A stretch of 64,000 nucleotides of DNA, taken from Vicugna vicugna (taxonomy: Eukaryota). The translations under genes and the position numbers were made by a program. Positions within the stretch are counted from its first letter, which is position 1. Each line of letters starts with the position of its first letter. Location: NCBI GenBank assembly GCA_013265495.1, contig MU058213.1, forward strand, positions 1,674,001 to 1,738,000. The letters are read 5' to 3'. Under the pieces are notes generated by a model that was not told where the DNA came from, did not search any database, and was given only the letters and a program-made list of their open reading frames with translations. Below, one piece after another: positions 40,416-53,579 of this stretch.

Positions 40416-43224
40416 ATATTGAAACACACTGTTAAGTATTAGTTGATGTAACTTCTTTGGGTAACTATAGTTTCCCATGTTAGTATGGCAGAGAGTCAGA
40501 TACATGTTAAATGTGGCTGTATCCTCTTTTTGATTCTTTAAATTACTTTCTTTTGTTGGAAAAGAGAGAGCAAGAGAGTGAGCAATATTTCTCCACCCTA
40601 AGACCCTCTGTCTTTTTTTTCCCCCAGTAAGCAACAAGTTTCTGATTTTGATACTTTCATATATGCCTTTTCATCTGCATTTGCTTCTGTTTCATGTAAC
40701 AGCATGTTACAAAAATCAAAGTGGTTCTAAATAATCCATATGCCCAACATCTGAGTACTTCTTTCTTGAACTGATGTGGTCTGTTTTCCAAGGTCTCTTA
40801 GGTGACTCTTCAGGCAGGAAGCTCTAGGACTGTGCTGTTTGCAAATGATAACTTTAGCTCCTTTGGATGCAAGGCTTATCTTCTTGTTCATCTGTGTTGC
40901 TTATCCTTAATCCAGACTTCCTTCAGGACCTAATGAGTTGATCAACCTGCCTGACTTACAGGGGTCAGTGCTGGTTCAAACATCGGCGCTCACTTTCTCA
41001 TCAAAAGCAATTAATTTCAGGAAGAAAATATTGGCAGCAGAACACTTTTCATTTTAAAACAGCTACCAAAAATAGGAAACCATATTAAGATAGGTAGTTG
41101 GAAATAAACTCTGATTCCTCTCTCATTTAACTGAAGAGAGAGAAACTTCACGGTGAAGACACCATTTGAAAACAAATTAATTTCACAGAGACTTGATATC
41201 TTTTTGGATTTCATGTTCAGCTGAAATCAGATCACAGTGATGTTTTTCCATAAGTATACATACATTTATTATCGCCAAGTGACTCGAAGGCTGACATAAC
41301 ACAGAGGATTCAAGCATAACATGAGAAGTTGGATCCAATGGTCTTTAAAATAGGTCTCTTCCAACAAAAGCAGACCTGATTCTAAGATTCTGTATATAGT
41401 CAGGATATGATATAGTATATCTAAATCAGAATTTGAGGCAAGGTTGGGAAAAGGTAGTATTTTGAAACTAGTAAGAAATAGAGCATATAGCTAAGAATAT
41501 CAGAAGTCAACAGAGGTTAACTTCATTGGAAGATAGTTTGTAGATATGCTCCTAATGGAATCAGAAGCCAACATGTATCCAATCACCTCCCTGAAACTTG
41601 CAAAGGAACTGTGTATTGGACACAGAGATATGTGTCCTAATCAACAGATAGATGTGTTCTTAGGTTGAATGTGTCTTGGATAAAATACAACAGTCTTAAT
41701 TTAATATACATTTATTCACATTGGACAAGGCACTGTAGGGATATAATTGGGACTCGGTGCTGTCCAATTATCCTTGCCCTGATTCCATAATGTAGAAACA
41801 ACCTTCCTGTTAATTGTTCTGTCAGTGATGCATTTTAATACAGAAAGTAGGGACATTGTAGGGAACTGGCAAAAGGGCTCTGGTCACTGGAAAGATGTTC
41901 CACATTGTAAGCAACTTGGCATTTGATTTACAAATCAACCACTTATGAGTTTGGTTGACATAAGTCAGGCACTGGGCGTATGGTCATTCCTGATGAAACA
42001 AATTAAAACAAGTTTTTGAACTTGAAAAACTTAGATAAAACCTTGAAACCATGGTGACCCTGTGAAAGAGGGGTCATATCCTAAATTCACCCTAGACTAG
42101 GAAAATAACCTCAGTTTTTAATAGCACTGTAGTACAGCTTCATCTTAAGGTGTGTCATTAGTCCCAAACATTGTCTCTCCCAAATATGTCTGTGTTTGGC
42201 TTTGAGACATAATAGCATTCAAGAGAGTACACTTTTCATCATGATTTAAATTTATAATTAAATTATTTTTCTGTAACTACAATTATTTCATTATTAATCA
42301 GAAAGAATGAGGAAACAAAATAGAAAATGGGGACATTGGATTGAAATAAAAATTTGTCCCTGAAAATCTACAAACCTGGTAACACAAAGCAGGAGACCTG
42401 TATCTCTACCTGTCTGTCTGTCTGTCTGTTTATCTATCTATCAGTTATCTATTGTGTGTAAGTGTGCTTAATTTGAGCACATTTCTTTTAGACTTCATCG
42501 ACTTCAAATTATAGTTCTGAGAGCCTACCAGATCACTAACTATAGCAAAAGATTCAAGAGGCAGATATTATTTGGATAAAGGGATATATGCTTCCTGTCT
42601 TACAGATCAGAGCCCACAACTCTGAGTTCCTAACCTCATGACAGTGTTCAGCATACTACAGAGGAAAAGAATAAATCCTAAACCTGTGTGACATCACTCT
42701 TTACAGATGCTTGCTTTATCTTTCTGTGCCTACATTATTTATCAAGGGAAAGGATCTCTGAGGATTTGATGTAAGTTTTTTGTGATGAACTGAACACTGG
42801 TTCAGGAAAGAAAAATAATTTCCTTGTTGATTCAATTGGGGATGGATGAGTTGCTTTGAAATATGTCTGTCGCTGACTACTAGTCATTTTCTTCAAAGAT
42901 CCTCACCATCAATAAGAATTATAACCTCTGAAATGCTTTTCCCTAATGAAAAAGTATTTTCATTTTGATAATGTAACATGATTAGAAAGACTCTTTAATT
43001 GACTTACTTTCTGAAGGTTTTGAAATGGTTCTGAAATTTTTCTCAGAGAGGAGAATTTCATTCATCAGAATAAAAGGTGGGTTGACCCTTCCTGGGCAGG
43101 TTCAAGCAGTTAAGCCCATCACCAAGGCCTTCCTTTTGTTGTTCTTTTGGGCAGAACCCCCTTGAGCAGCGGTGCTGAAAACACTTTACACGTGAGGTTA
43201 CATTGCAGACTGCAGGCAATTGTT

Positions 43225-43460
43225 ATATTAGGTCTCAGTCCCTGAGTATTTATTATGTTCTACATGTTCTGTTAGCACTTCATATGAATTATCTACCTCA
43301 GTCATCACCCCAACTATACAAACATTATCCCTGTTTTATAGAAGAGGAAATTGTGTCTCAGAGAAGTTCAGTGATTTGTCCAAAGCCCATAGCTAACTAA
43401 TGATAGGATTTGAATAGAGTTTAATTAGAATCTAAAACATATTTTCAGCCAATGTGCTGC
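43225..43460 (-). mobile_element. MIR SINE
   Basis: 'ttatccctgttttatagaagaggaaattgtgtctcagagaagttcagtgatttgtccaaag'. Confidence 0.75.
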
Positions 43461-44313
43461 ACTTTCTTGTAGCATACTGCAATGTGATAGGAGCATTTTG
43501 AAACCTAGAAAACTTGTTTTACTTCTATAAAAATTTTCATTTTCCCTTCTCTGACCCTGCCCATTTTCTCCCTGAAACTGACCAAATCCAGAGGATATAA
43601 TTTTATAAAAGTTGAACCTTTTCTAAAAATAAAGTATCCTTGGCAAAGACAAGTACCTGACAAGCAGGGGCTGATATGTGAATTATTGTATTTCATCAAA
43701 CTGAGAAGCATTGATTGTGTGATGTACCATTATTGCATACACACTAGAAAAGAGAAAAGGCTGCCAATTAAATAGACACTATGTTTTCTTATCTCTTAGA
43801 ATTTTCATTTTAAACTTCTTGAATAAGCTTATTGGGACTGCATTAAGCATCATTTTTATAGTTTATCATCTATAATGTATACATGAAAAGCAAAATATTT
43901 TTAAAAGTCTACATGATATTTCTAAAAGTCTCCATGATATTTCTAAAGCTTTCTCACAGTTGAGTCTTACTCTTCTAAATTAATTTTTGTCTCAGTCAGG
44001 AATGACTTTGATTTTGCACGCTATGTCATCCTCTATGCCATCGAGTGCATTGACGATACAAGCATTTCTGAAAGAAATCTATAAATAAACTAAAAGCCAT
44101 TTGTTCATGGCTCTTAGGCTAGCTTTACAGTTATGTAGAGCTAGCCTAGCTTTGGGAATGCCCCTAAATGTGTCTGATGTATCCTCTTTCCCACCACACA
44201 ACAATTTGGTTTTTAGAGTGCTTCATTGTTATCTCCTAGATTTTCTTCCAAGCCCCGATACCTATACTGTAGGTTTGGTGTTAGTGCTTTTATGTTCTTT
44301 CAATCATGCAAGC

Positions 44314-44491
44314 CAGTGGTTCTGAAACCTGAATGTGCATCAAAATTACCTGGAGGGCTTGTTAAAACACAGATTTCTGAATCAGATTTTCTGTTGCAGT
44401 TAAGTCTGGGATGGGGTCTATGAATCTGCATTTCTAACACATTCCCAGGTGATGCTGATACTGCTGGTGAGATACACTTTTAGAATCATTG
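44314..44491. mobile_element. MER5A hAT-Charlie element
   Basis: 'cagtggttctgaaac...ctggagggcttgttaaaacacagatt...tgcatttctaacacattcccaggtgatgctgat...agaatcattg'; 8-bp TSD atgcaagc/gtgtaagc. Confidence 0.9.
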
Positions 44492-46169
44492 GTGTAAGCA
44501 GTCTCAACCAAACCACTGCCATCCTGACAGCTGTTGTAAGACTTCATTGATTTTAAGTGGCAGTCTGTTTTCAGAGATAATAAGGTTTGAAAAACAAAGC
44601 ACATCTTTAAATTGATGAAATATGGTAAATTCCATTTTCCCTTTAACTTGAGCTATGATATCATTTTCATTCTAATTTATTGTCAATTGACTTATATTTA
44701 ATTTATTTCTTCACTTATTCATAATGTTCTCCACTTGTTCCAAATTGAATTGAAATGGCTTTTATGATTACAGCTAAAGTTTTCCCTTCTATTGTTTTAG
44801 ATAAGAAATGATCTGTAAATATATATATCATCTATATTTATATATATTCATATATGATATATATATTTGTATGTAATATACACATATTCATGTGTAATGT
44901 ACATGTGTAATACACACATGTAGAAGAGCTCTCTCTATATGCCAAAACCTACAGGCTGACATGAGCTGCCTCTGGTAGGGAACTCACTACTTCATGATGG
45001 AGCCTCTTCATTTCTTATTACTAGCCCTCTTCATTACTTATTACTGTATATATATGAACTAAAGGGCCAAATAATCAGCCAACATTATGAGATGATTTAT
45101 TAAAGAGTCCTATGAGATACATGACTGTATCTGGGCATCATATACTTTCCTTATTCTGAGAAAACACATGAGAAATATTTCTCTTCAGTCTTAGCATTGG
45201 GAACATTTGTGTTTGTCATAAATAACATTTTTTTTTGTCCTTGTGGGTAAATTTGTAATTGATGATGTTTCCCTTTTTTCTTCTACTCTTTAGTAACTTA
45301 GAGACAAGTTTCTTGCCAGCTTTTAGCAACTACTGGACTGTGCTCTCTCTCTGTTCCTGGACCCTTACGACCACTCAGATGTTTACTTTCTATCCTCAGA
45401 CCAAGTTCTTTGCTACTGAATAGATGTCAGTTCCTCTGAGTGAGGCTGAGCCTTTCTTACTGGGACTCAGTCAGATCCTAAAAGAAAGACTGAAGCTACT
45501 TTAGTCCTCTGATTCTGAGACCTTCTTAGAATGCAATCTTTGCAATCCACATATGACTCCTGGGATGCCTGGATGCCCAGTGCCACCAGAGATGTGGTGA
45601 CTACATTCATTCTGTTGGTGACCTTGAGCTGGTTACAATCATGTTCTTGAATACCAGATAGCTACTCTGAGCACAGGTCTTCTGGCTCTGCACCTTCTCC
45701 AGCACCTCCTTTAATTCGTCTGCATCCAATCTTTCTTAGTCTCAATCTTTCTACTGTGACCTCAGGAAACTTGTTCTCTAACAATTCCTTTGCCATCTTC
45801 ACTGAACATTTCTTTCACCTCCTTTCCCATCAAAAACTTAGCTTCTCCTGGGGATTTTGTTCTCATCAGCCTCTCAAAGAGGGGCTGCTTTTTTCCCCAC
45901 TCCAAATGGCTCAGAATCAGGAGGTAGGATCAGCATTCTCCTAGTAAAAACCCTGCTCATTAATATGTGTATCATCAGCTTGACCACTCTTTATTTCCCC
46001 ATTACTGTCACCTGCCTGTATCCCAGTTACTTCTTATTTACTGAAAATAGGGGCACCTAACTTACAGACTTCTTCCCTCTTCACTTTTCTGCTGTTTTTC
46101 TGAACGTCTTCAATTTGATATGGATGTTGCACCCACTACATCTGCTTAATTCTCTGACTGGACAGAATT

Positions 46170-47600
46170 AACTAGTAGAGACTGGATTTACCCTTCTACA
46201 TGAAAAAATTAAAAACAGTGGTTAATAAGACATTAGCCTGTAGGCAGCAAAGGACAGGGATTCATGAGGGATGGAAAGCATGTGAGGTGAGCTGTATGAT
46301 TTTCCTGGAGAATGCTTCCAGGCTGTGGTTCAGGGAGAGGGGACCTTGGTGGAGCCCAGCAATCTCTCTGAGTTGAGAAGATGGAGCTGGGAATCCAGGT
46401 GGGCCAAGGTGGCTAGAGGTCATAAGGCAGAATACCAAAGAGGAGAGAGTTTTACAAACAAAGAGTTCCAGGCATCCAAAGAGGGCACCCCATCACGTCT
46501 TCAGCTGAGTGCTAATCACCGTGTGCATGTGACAAAACTACCCCAGGCTTGGGAAAGAACCAACTGAAAGGACTGGAGGAAATTTTCTTCTGACTGCATA
46601 TAGGGCAGCAGTAGTTCCTGATCCTGTTCCCATGAGCCAGAAAAGAAAATTTCACAACTCATAGTCATTAGTGAAAATATTCAGAAGGAAAAATTAGTCC
46701 TAGCTAAACTCTGCTCTGGTTCTACCTAACAAAGTTTAAAAAGCAAGATCCCAAAGGGTTGGACTGTTTACAAACAACTGCACTATATCCCAGAACAAAT
46801 TTCAAACATATGTATGGTAATATAAAAATATCTAGCACTTGAAAAGTTAGGATCGTAATGTTTGCATTCCAGTTAAACATTAACAGGTATGCAAAGGAAA
46901 AGGAGAATCTGACTCATAATGAGGAGAGAAATCAATTTAAAAAATTCCCAGAAATGACTTAGATGATAAAATTATATTCAAGAACATGAAAATAGTTATT
47001 ATAACTTGATTTCTTGTGATCAAGTAACCAGAGAAAAGATAGAACATGTCAAGTAGAGACATGAGAGATGTTAAAAAGAGCCATACAGAATGTTGAAAGA
47101 TAAAAACCACAATGCCTGATTTTTAAAAAAATGCGCTGGAAGAAATTAACAAGCAGATAAGACATAAGAGGAGGGAAAATTTATGAACTTTAAAGCATAG
47201 CAATAGAAACTATCCAAAATGAAATAAAGACACAGAGAATTACAACATAACTTTTTGAGGAGACACAATTCAACACAAGATCACAGGCTATAAGCGCAAT
47301 ACACAATAATCAAATATATTTCTATATACTACTAATAGAAATTAGAAATTGGCATAATAAATAATACATTTATAATATCAAAAATATGAAATACTTAAAT
47401 ATAATTATAATGAAACATATATAAGACCTATACCCTGAAAATTTCAAAATGTTACAGAGAGAAATTAAGGGCAACCTAAATAAATGACAAGATACACTAT
47501 TCATGGGTTAGAAGACTAATTATTGTAAAAATGTCAATTCTCCCCAAATTGATCTGTGGAGTCAATGTTATACCAGTCAAAATCTAAGCAGGCTTTTCTT
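46170..47600 (+). mobile_element. Old L1M 5'/ORF1 remnant plus ORF2 fragment
   Basis: 'catagcaatagaaactatccaaaatgaaa' (ORF1); 'cctaaataaatg...tcatgggttagaagac...aatgtcaattctccccaaattgatct' (ORF2). Confidence 0.75.
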
Positions 47601-49399
47601 CTGTTTCCCAATCCAGTACTCTTTCCTGTGCTCCAAGCTTTGCCGTAAGAGATTGTGTTTTACATTTAAAGTGTTGATGACTCAGTTATTAAATGAAGAA
47701 AACCGTAGAAGCAATCAGAATCTGTCCTGCACAGAGCTGCACATATGTCCGCCGAAGTGAATGGAGTAAAGGAGCCTTTCTCTGATGGATTGGCAACTCA
47801 GATAAGTGTGATGGGAGTGTTAATGCAGCCCCAGGAATGCAGTTTCACACACAGGAAAACCAGAACATCGGTTATGCCTATCAAAATATTTAGAAAAAAA
47901 CAGTTGCAGCCATTTTGCTTCTTAGCATTTTTTCTCATTTTCTTTCAGTGTTAAGAAAAAAAAAAATCAACAGGGTCTATCTCATTTGTTCATTTGTGAG
48001 AGAGAAGTTGCTTTATTTTTGAAGTTGCAATCAATAATCTTGAAAATAGAAACAATACTCGTAACTGACTAATACATCACATTTTTTTGCAGAGGTAAAG
48101 AAATCCAGTGAATGCACTCAAAGTTTAGTTTAGAAGCAAAGATTGGTATTTATTTGTCCCTTTATTTGAGAGCCCTGGGCTGTCCCACTACCCAAGGTGC
48201 ATTATGAAGCTGGAATAGGAGGATTGTCTGTACTTAATTGAGGGAGAAAGAGTAACCTATAGCCTGATCTGCTATAGGTGACATTTGCCCTGTTCACTAG
48301 GGAACAGCTCTTTAAAGTGTTTCAAGAAATAGCTGCCAACAGCCTTAATTTAATATCTGTGCTGAACTATTGGGGGGCATCCAGATGCAGAGCCATCTGT
48401 GGGAAATAAACTCTAGCCAAAGGAGGAAGCTAATGGTTACCCTGTGGGCCCAGGATTTCTGGGCTTAGAGAACCCAGTGTGCCCTCTTTTCTTTGTTTAG
48501 GGGGGTTATCCATCTAATTACTCATACTCAGGCCAGCAGATGTTTTCCCAGTTGAGTCATATTATACTATGTTGCCTCCTTCAAACTGTGGTTATTTGTC
48601 ATATTACAGAAAATACTGAGAGGCAGGAGTGTTTGTAGGTGTAAACCTAAACGTCATGTAACACCGAACTTTGGTAATGGGATGAACTGAACTTTATTTC
48701 AATATTGTGACCTTCACTTTCTTTCTCTTTGTTCATCTTCACTTCAGCTATCACCTTCACTTTGGTGTCAGTCTTTGGGCTCTAATTATGCAGAATTACA
48801 TTATTTTGCTTAGGCATCTAAAAACCAGTTTAGCTATTAAAATAACTCTATTCTATAAGCTGTATTTTCCTCCCCAACAACAGCTGCAATAACAGAGCAA
48901 GTAAACAACGCGTAAACAAGACATGGTGCAACTATCTTTGTGCACTTTACTGGTGTGCCTCAAATCTCAAAGAAGGGTTGAACTCCCCCACCAATTGAGA
49001 TGATCCTGATGTACTTCAGACTGCACCTTCAGAACTGCCAATTTTATTAATTGTCCAATTCAGAATTCAAAAGTAGTACTGTTCTGCCTAGAAATTCAAG
49101 GCAAACTCAAGGAATAACTCTGCAAAATATCCATTGTGTTTTGTGCATGAAACGTGAATGTTTTAAAATGTGTTTTCTTCTGCAATTACATAAAGAAACT
49201 CAACCTCTCACTCCAGATAGAAAGCAAATTTTCAGGGGTATTTCCAGATTTGCCAGTGTGAGTTGTATTGTCTCATGGTTGCCTAACGGACTCTAAACCA
49301 TAAAATGATTATTTCAATGCATGTTACTTTCTGCAAACAAGTTGTTGGGGCAAGGCTTGGGAAGAGTGAGAGGGATTTAAGAGAAAAATAAATGTAACC

Positions 49400-49545
49400 A
49401 TCATGTGAGAGGCAAATCCAGAGGCCTGGGGACCTGGAGACATGGGTTCCAGTCCTAGCTCTGTCACTAAAGTTGAGATAGTTTGCTTTACCTCTCTGGA
49501 CCTCAGTTTCTTCATTTGCTGAATTTAGGACTTGGACCAGATGAG
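49400..49545 (+). mobile_element. MIR SINE
   Basis: 'gggttccagtcctagctctgtcacta...ctctggacctcagtttcttcattt'. Confidence 0.75.
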
Positions 49546-50563
49546 CAATCAGCCCCTACTGGCTCTGACATTCTGCATTTTTGCTGGAGATGAGCAATCC
49601 TATAAAAGCAAATAACGATTGGTTCCAGTCAAGATGGCAGAGTGGTAGGATCACGAGCTTGCCTCTCCTTGTGACTAAAACAAAACCACAACTGAATGCT
49701 AAACAACCATCGAAAAAAGACTGGAACTTAGTGAAAAAGATCTTCTGCAACTGGAAACATAAAGAGGGAACCACAGCAAGATGGTAGGAGGGGCGTACTC
49801 ACAATATAATTGGGCCCCATACCCCCAGGATGGGTGACCCACAAGCTGAAGATTTGTTAAGTCTCAGAGGCCCTCCCACAGGAGTGAGAGAGCTCTAAGC
49901 CCCATATCAAGCTCCCCAGCTCAGGTTCCAGAATTGGGAAGAGAAGGAAACCCCAGGACATACGGTTTTGAAGGCCAGCGGTGTTTGGCTCTGGGGAGCC
50001 CCACAGGATTGGGGGAAACAGAGACTCCATTCACTTGAGAAGCGTACATGGAAACTTATGTGCACCAGATCCAAGGGCAGAGGCAGTGATTTCATAGGAA
50101 CCTGGGCCAGACCTGCCTGCTGGATTTGGAGGTCTCCTGGGGACGTGGGGGATGGCTGCAGATCACTCAGGGGACATAAGCGCTGGTGGCGGACATTCCA
50201 GGAGTGTTAATCTACATGAGCTTTCCTGGAGGCTGACATTTTGATTGGCTCATTAGCACTAAGACCTAGCCCTACCCAACAGCCTGTAGGGAAGCCTCAG
50301 GCCAAACAACATACAGGGTGGGATCACAGCCCCACCCATCAGCAGACTTCCTAAGCCAAAAAGGCCTCTAGAAACAGCCCTACCCACCAGAGGTCCAGGA
50401 CCAAGCCTCACCCAGCAGTGGGCAGGCACGGGTTCCTCCTGCCAGGAAACCTGCATAAGCCTCTAGTCCAGCCTCGTCCACCAGGGGCAGATACTAGAAA
50501 TAAGAAAACAATAATCCCAAAGCCTGTGGAACGAATCCACAAACACATAGAAAGATAGATGAT

Positions 50564-51455
50564 ATGAGGTGGCAAAGGAATATCTCTCAGGCCAAGGCAC
50601 AAGATAAAATCCCAGAAGAAATAAGTGATGAGGAGATGGGTAATTTATCTGAGAAAGAGTTTAAAGTAATGATGGCCAAGATGTTCAGAGAACTCAAGAG
50701 GAGTACAGAAGAATAGAGTGAAGTTTTTAGCAAAGAGTTGGAAAATATAAAGAATACCCTAATAGAGTTGAAGAATAAAATCACTGAAATGAACAATATA
50801 CTACAAGGAACCAAGAATAGACTAAATGAGGCAGAAAAACAGGTCAGTGAGCTAGAAGACAGATTTAGTGGAAATCACTACTTCAGAATAGAAAACAAAA
50901 AAGGAATAAAAAGGAATGAGGATAGTTTATTAAGAGAACTCTCAGACAACATGAAGTGCTCTGATATTCGCATTATAGGGGTCCCAGAAAGAGGAAAGAG
51001 AAAGAAAGGACCTGAGAAAATTTGGGAGGAAATAATAACTGAACACTTCCCAACTTGGGAAAGGAAACAGTCACCCATGTCCTGGAAGACAGAGAGTACC
51101 ACACAGAATCAACCCAAAGAGGAACACACCAAGGCACATAGTCATCAAATTGACAATAATTAAGGATAAGGAGAAAATATTAAAATTAGCAAGAGAAAAG
51201 CAACAAATAACATACAAGGGAACTCCCATAGGGTTATCAGCTGGTTATTCAGGAGAAATGCTACAAGCCAGAAGGGAGTGGCACGATGTATTTAAAGTAA
51301 TACAAGGGGGAAACTTAAAACCAAGAATACTCTATCCAGCAAGGCTCTTGTTCAGACTTGATGAAGAAATCAAAAACTTCACAGGTAAACAAAAGCTAAA
51401 AGATTTCAGCACCACCAAACCAGCTTTGCAACAAATGTTAAAGGACCTTCTCTAG
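50564..51455 (+). pseudogene. Disrupted LINE-1 ORF1 (RNA-binding coiled-coil/RRM/CTD protein)
   Basis: MRWQRNISQAKAQDK...EKEFKVMMAKMF, 'DIRIIGVPE', 'KEKILKLAREKQQITYKGTPI...LQARREW...PRILYPARL'; in-frame stop near 50713 and frameshifts. Confidence 0.9.
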
Positions 51456-51520
51456 TCATCTAATCATAAGAAAAGAGAACAAAAAAATAGAAAGAGAGAA
51501 AAAAAAAAAAAGACCTATGA

Positions 51521-52040
51521 AAGATTGCTTTGACTGTTTCGGGTATTTTGTGGTTCCTTATAAATTTTGGAATTGTTTGTTTTTAGTTCTGTAGGGAATG
51601 TCGTGAGTATTTTGATGGGGGTTGTGTTGGATCTGTGGATTGCTTTGGGTAGTGTGGTCATTTTGATAGTGTTGATTCTTCCAATCCAAGAGCACAAAAA
51701 ATCTTTCCATTTCTTTGTGTCATTTCAGTTTTCAGAGTATAGGTAACCTCCTTGGTTAAGTTTATTTCTAGGTATTTTGTTGTTTTTGATGTAACGGAAA
51801 TGTCTCACTAGTGATAAAATTCTGGTTCTTGAAGTGAAAAAAAAAAGGGAATGAAGAGCTGCAAATGGCAAAATAGCCTTCTTTTTTATGGGTGAGTTGT
51901 GTTCCATTACATATATATATATATATGCTGCATCTCCATTATCTATTCAACTATTTATGTGCACTTAGGATGCTTCCATATCTTGGCAATTATAAATAAT
52001 GTTGCTGTTAATAGCAGCGTATTTGTATCTTTTTGAGTTA
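51521..52040 (-). mobile_element. Antisense L1 ORF2 fragment (about 51521-51802) and antisense L1 3' fragment (about 51858-52040)
   Basis: Minus-strand translation '[19 protein letters not shown]' is an L1 ORF2 motif; 'cacttaggatgcttccatatcttggcaattataaataatg'. Confidence 0.85.
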
Positions 52041-52111
52041 ATTCTTATTTTGTGGTGGCTTTATTCCTTTGATAACTACGTAAGTTTAAAAAGCTAAAGC
52101 TCTAAAAGTTC

Positions 52112-52691
52112 TTAGAAACAATGAACAGTACATATATGTAAATTAAAATATATGTGCAGTAAAAAAAAAAGATCTATCAAAAGATCTATCAAAAGACATA
52201 GAAGAAACTTAAAAGACATATTACTAAATGAAAGAAGCCAGTCTGAAAAGGCTACAAACTGTACAATTCCAACCAAATGACATTCTGGAAAAGGCACAGC
52301 TACAGAAACAATAAAAAGATCGTGGTTTCTAGGGGTTTGGGGAGAGGGAGGGAGGAAGGGATGAATAGATGGAGCACAAGGGATTTTTAGGGCAATGAAA
52401 TTATTCTGTATGATACTATAGTGGTGGCTACATGTCATTATGAATTTGTCAAAACGCATAGAATGTGCAACATCAAGAGTAAATCCTAATGTAAACTATG
52501 GGCTTTGGTTGATAATAATGTGCCCATATTGGTTCATCGATTGTACCAAGTATGCCACACTGAGGAGGGATGTTGAGGGTAGGGGAGTATATATGTGTGG
52601 GCGGAAAGGGCTATGTGGGAACTCTGTATTTTCTGCTCAATTCAGTTGTGAACCTGAAACTGCTCTAAAAGAATAAAATCTATTTTAAAAA
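52112..52691 (+). mobile_element. L1MC1-like 3' UTR end
   Basis: 'gaaagaagccagtctgaaaaggctaca', 'tgacattctggaaaaggc', 'cctaatgtaaactatgggctttgg', 'aactgctctaaaagaataaa'. Confidence 0.85.
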
Positions 52692-53579
52692 AAAAGCAAA
52701 TAACGATTACAACCAAGCATTCCCTCGAACACAATAGTCTCTTTTCATGAGTGAAACTGGGAAAGCAAGTAACTAACCCCAGAGAGGATCAGAGCCTGGG
52801 GAAGTGACCATCTCAGTAGACAGGTAGCTGGACTCTAGGGAATCATCACTGTCTTCAGATAAGCAAAGAAACTCTGGGGAGGAGCTCTAATCAGAAGGGG
52901 CAGCTCAGGCAGCTTGTGAGTGAGTCAGGACCAAGCAGGCAACAGGTCTCTACAAGGGACACACACACACAAACACAGATACATACACAGAGCAAAATTT
53001 CAGGCAGGCTCCTTTTTATGTAGCTCAAACTTGGAAATGAAACCTTTTGTTCTCCCAAAACAGCTCCCCCCCCCTTCAATAACTAGGAAAGCAGTTTGCT
53101 AGTCTGTACTAGTTATTTCCTTACTTGCAGTGCCCACACCCCACTTACAGCCTGAAATTATTAAATGACAGGTACAACTGGTAAGAAATCACACCCAGTG
53201 AGTTTCTAATTAGCATAGATGCCCATTGTTGGATTAGAAAGGAGATGTTCAGGAAAAGAACTGTACTATAAGATCCCATATCCACCCCTACTTGTTCTCT
53301 TGGGTGAAATGTTCACTGGAGAATCATTTTTCTCTGCTCTCATCAAACTCCCATGCACCATATTTGTCCCAATCTTTTTTCCTCCAGTATTTATAACAGT
53401 TCATCCACAATGTTTTCCTTGAAAATTTCTTCTTTGTCCTCCAATGGTTCAGATCCAGGAACATTTCTTTAATTCTTCTTTTTTTTCCAAATAGTAACAA
53501 GAGTTGTAACATCATTTTTTTCCAGAAGCTTTATGTACAAATAGTCATGTTTCTTTGTCTTTGCAAAAGTTGAGTTTAA

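Larger units (their letters stand above)
49621..52691 (+). mobile_element. Composite L1-derived insertion: 5'UTR + ORF1, inverted ORF2/3' fragments, L1MC-type 3' end
   Basis: Begins 'ggttccagtcaagatggc' (L1 5' end); ends AATAAA (52672) plus A-run; perfect 17-bp TSD AAAAGCAAATAACGATT at 49604-49620 and 52692-52708. Confidence 0.85.

Noticed and set aside
43902..43947. 21-bp tandem duplication
   Set aside because: Two copies only; ordinary slippage, not an array.
44815..44925. AT/TA-rich low-complexity stretch
   Set aside because: Degenerate microsatellite with no further structure.
48255..48279. 9-bp inverted repeat acctatagc/gctataggt
   Set aside because: Short stem within chance expectation and no supporting context.
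50738..51455. Two adjacent ORFs suggesting an active transposon gene
   Set aside because: Fragments of one L1 ORF1 broken by a stop and frameshifts; not intact.
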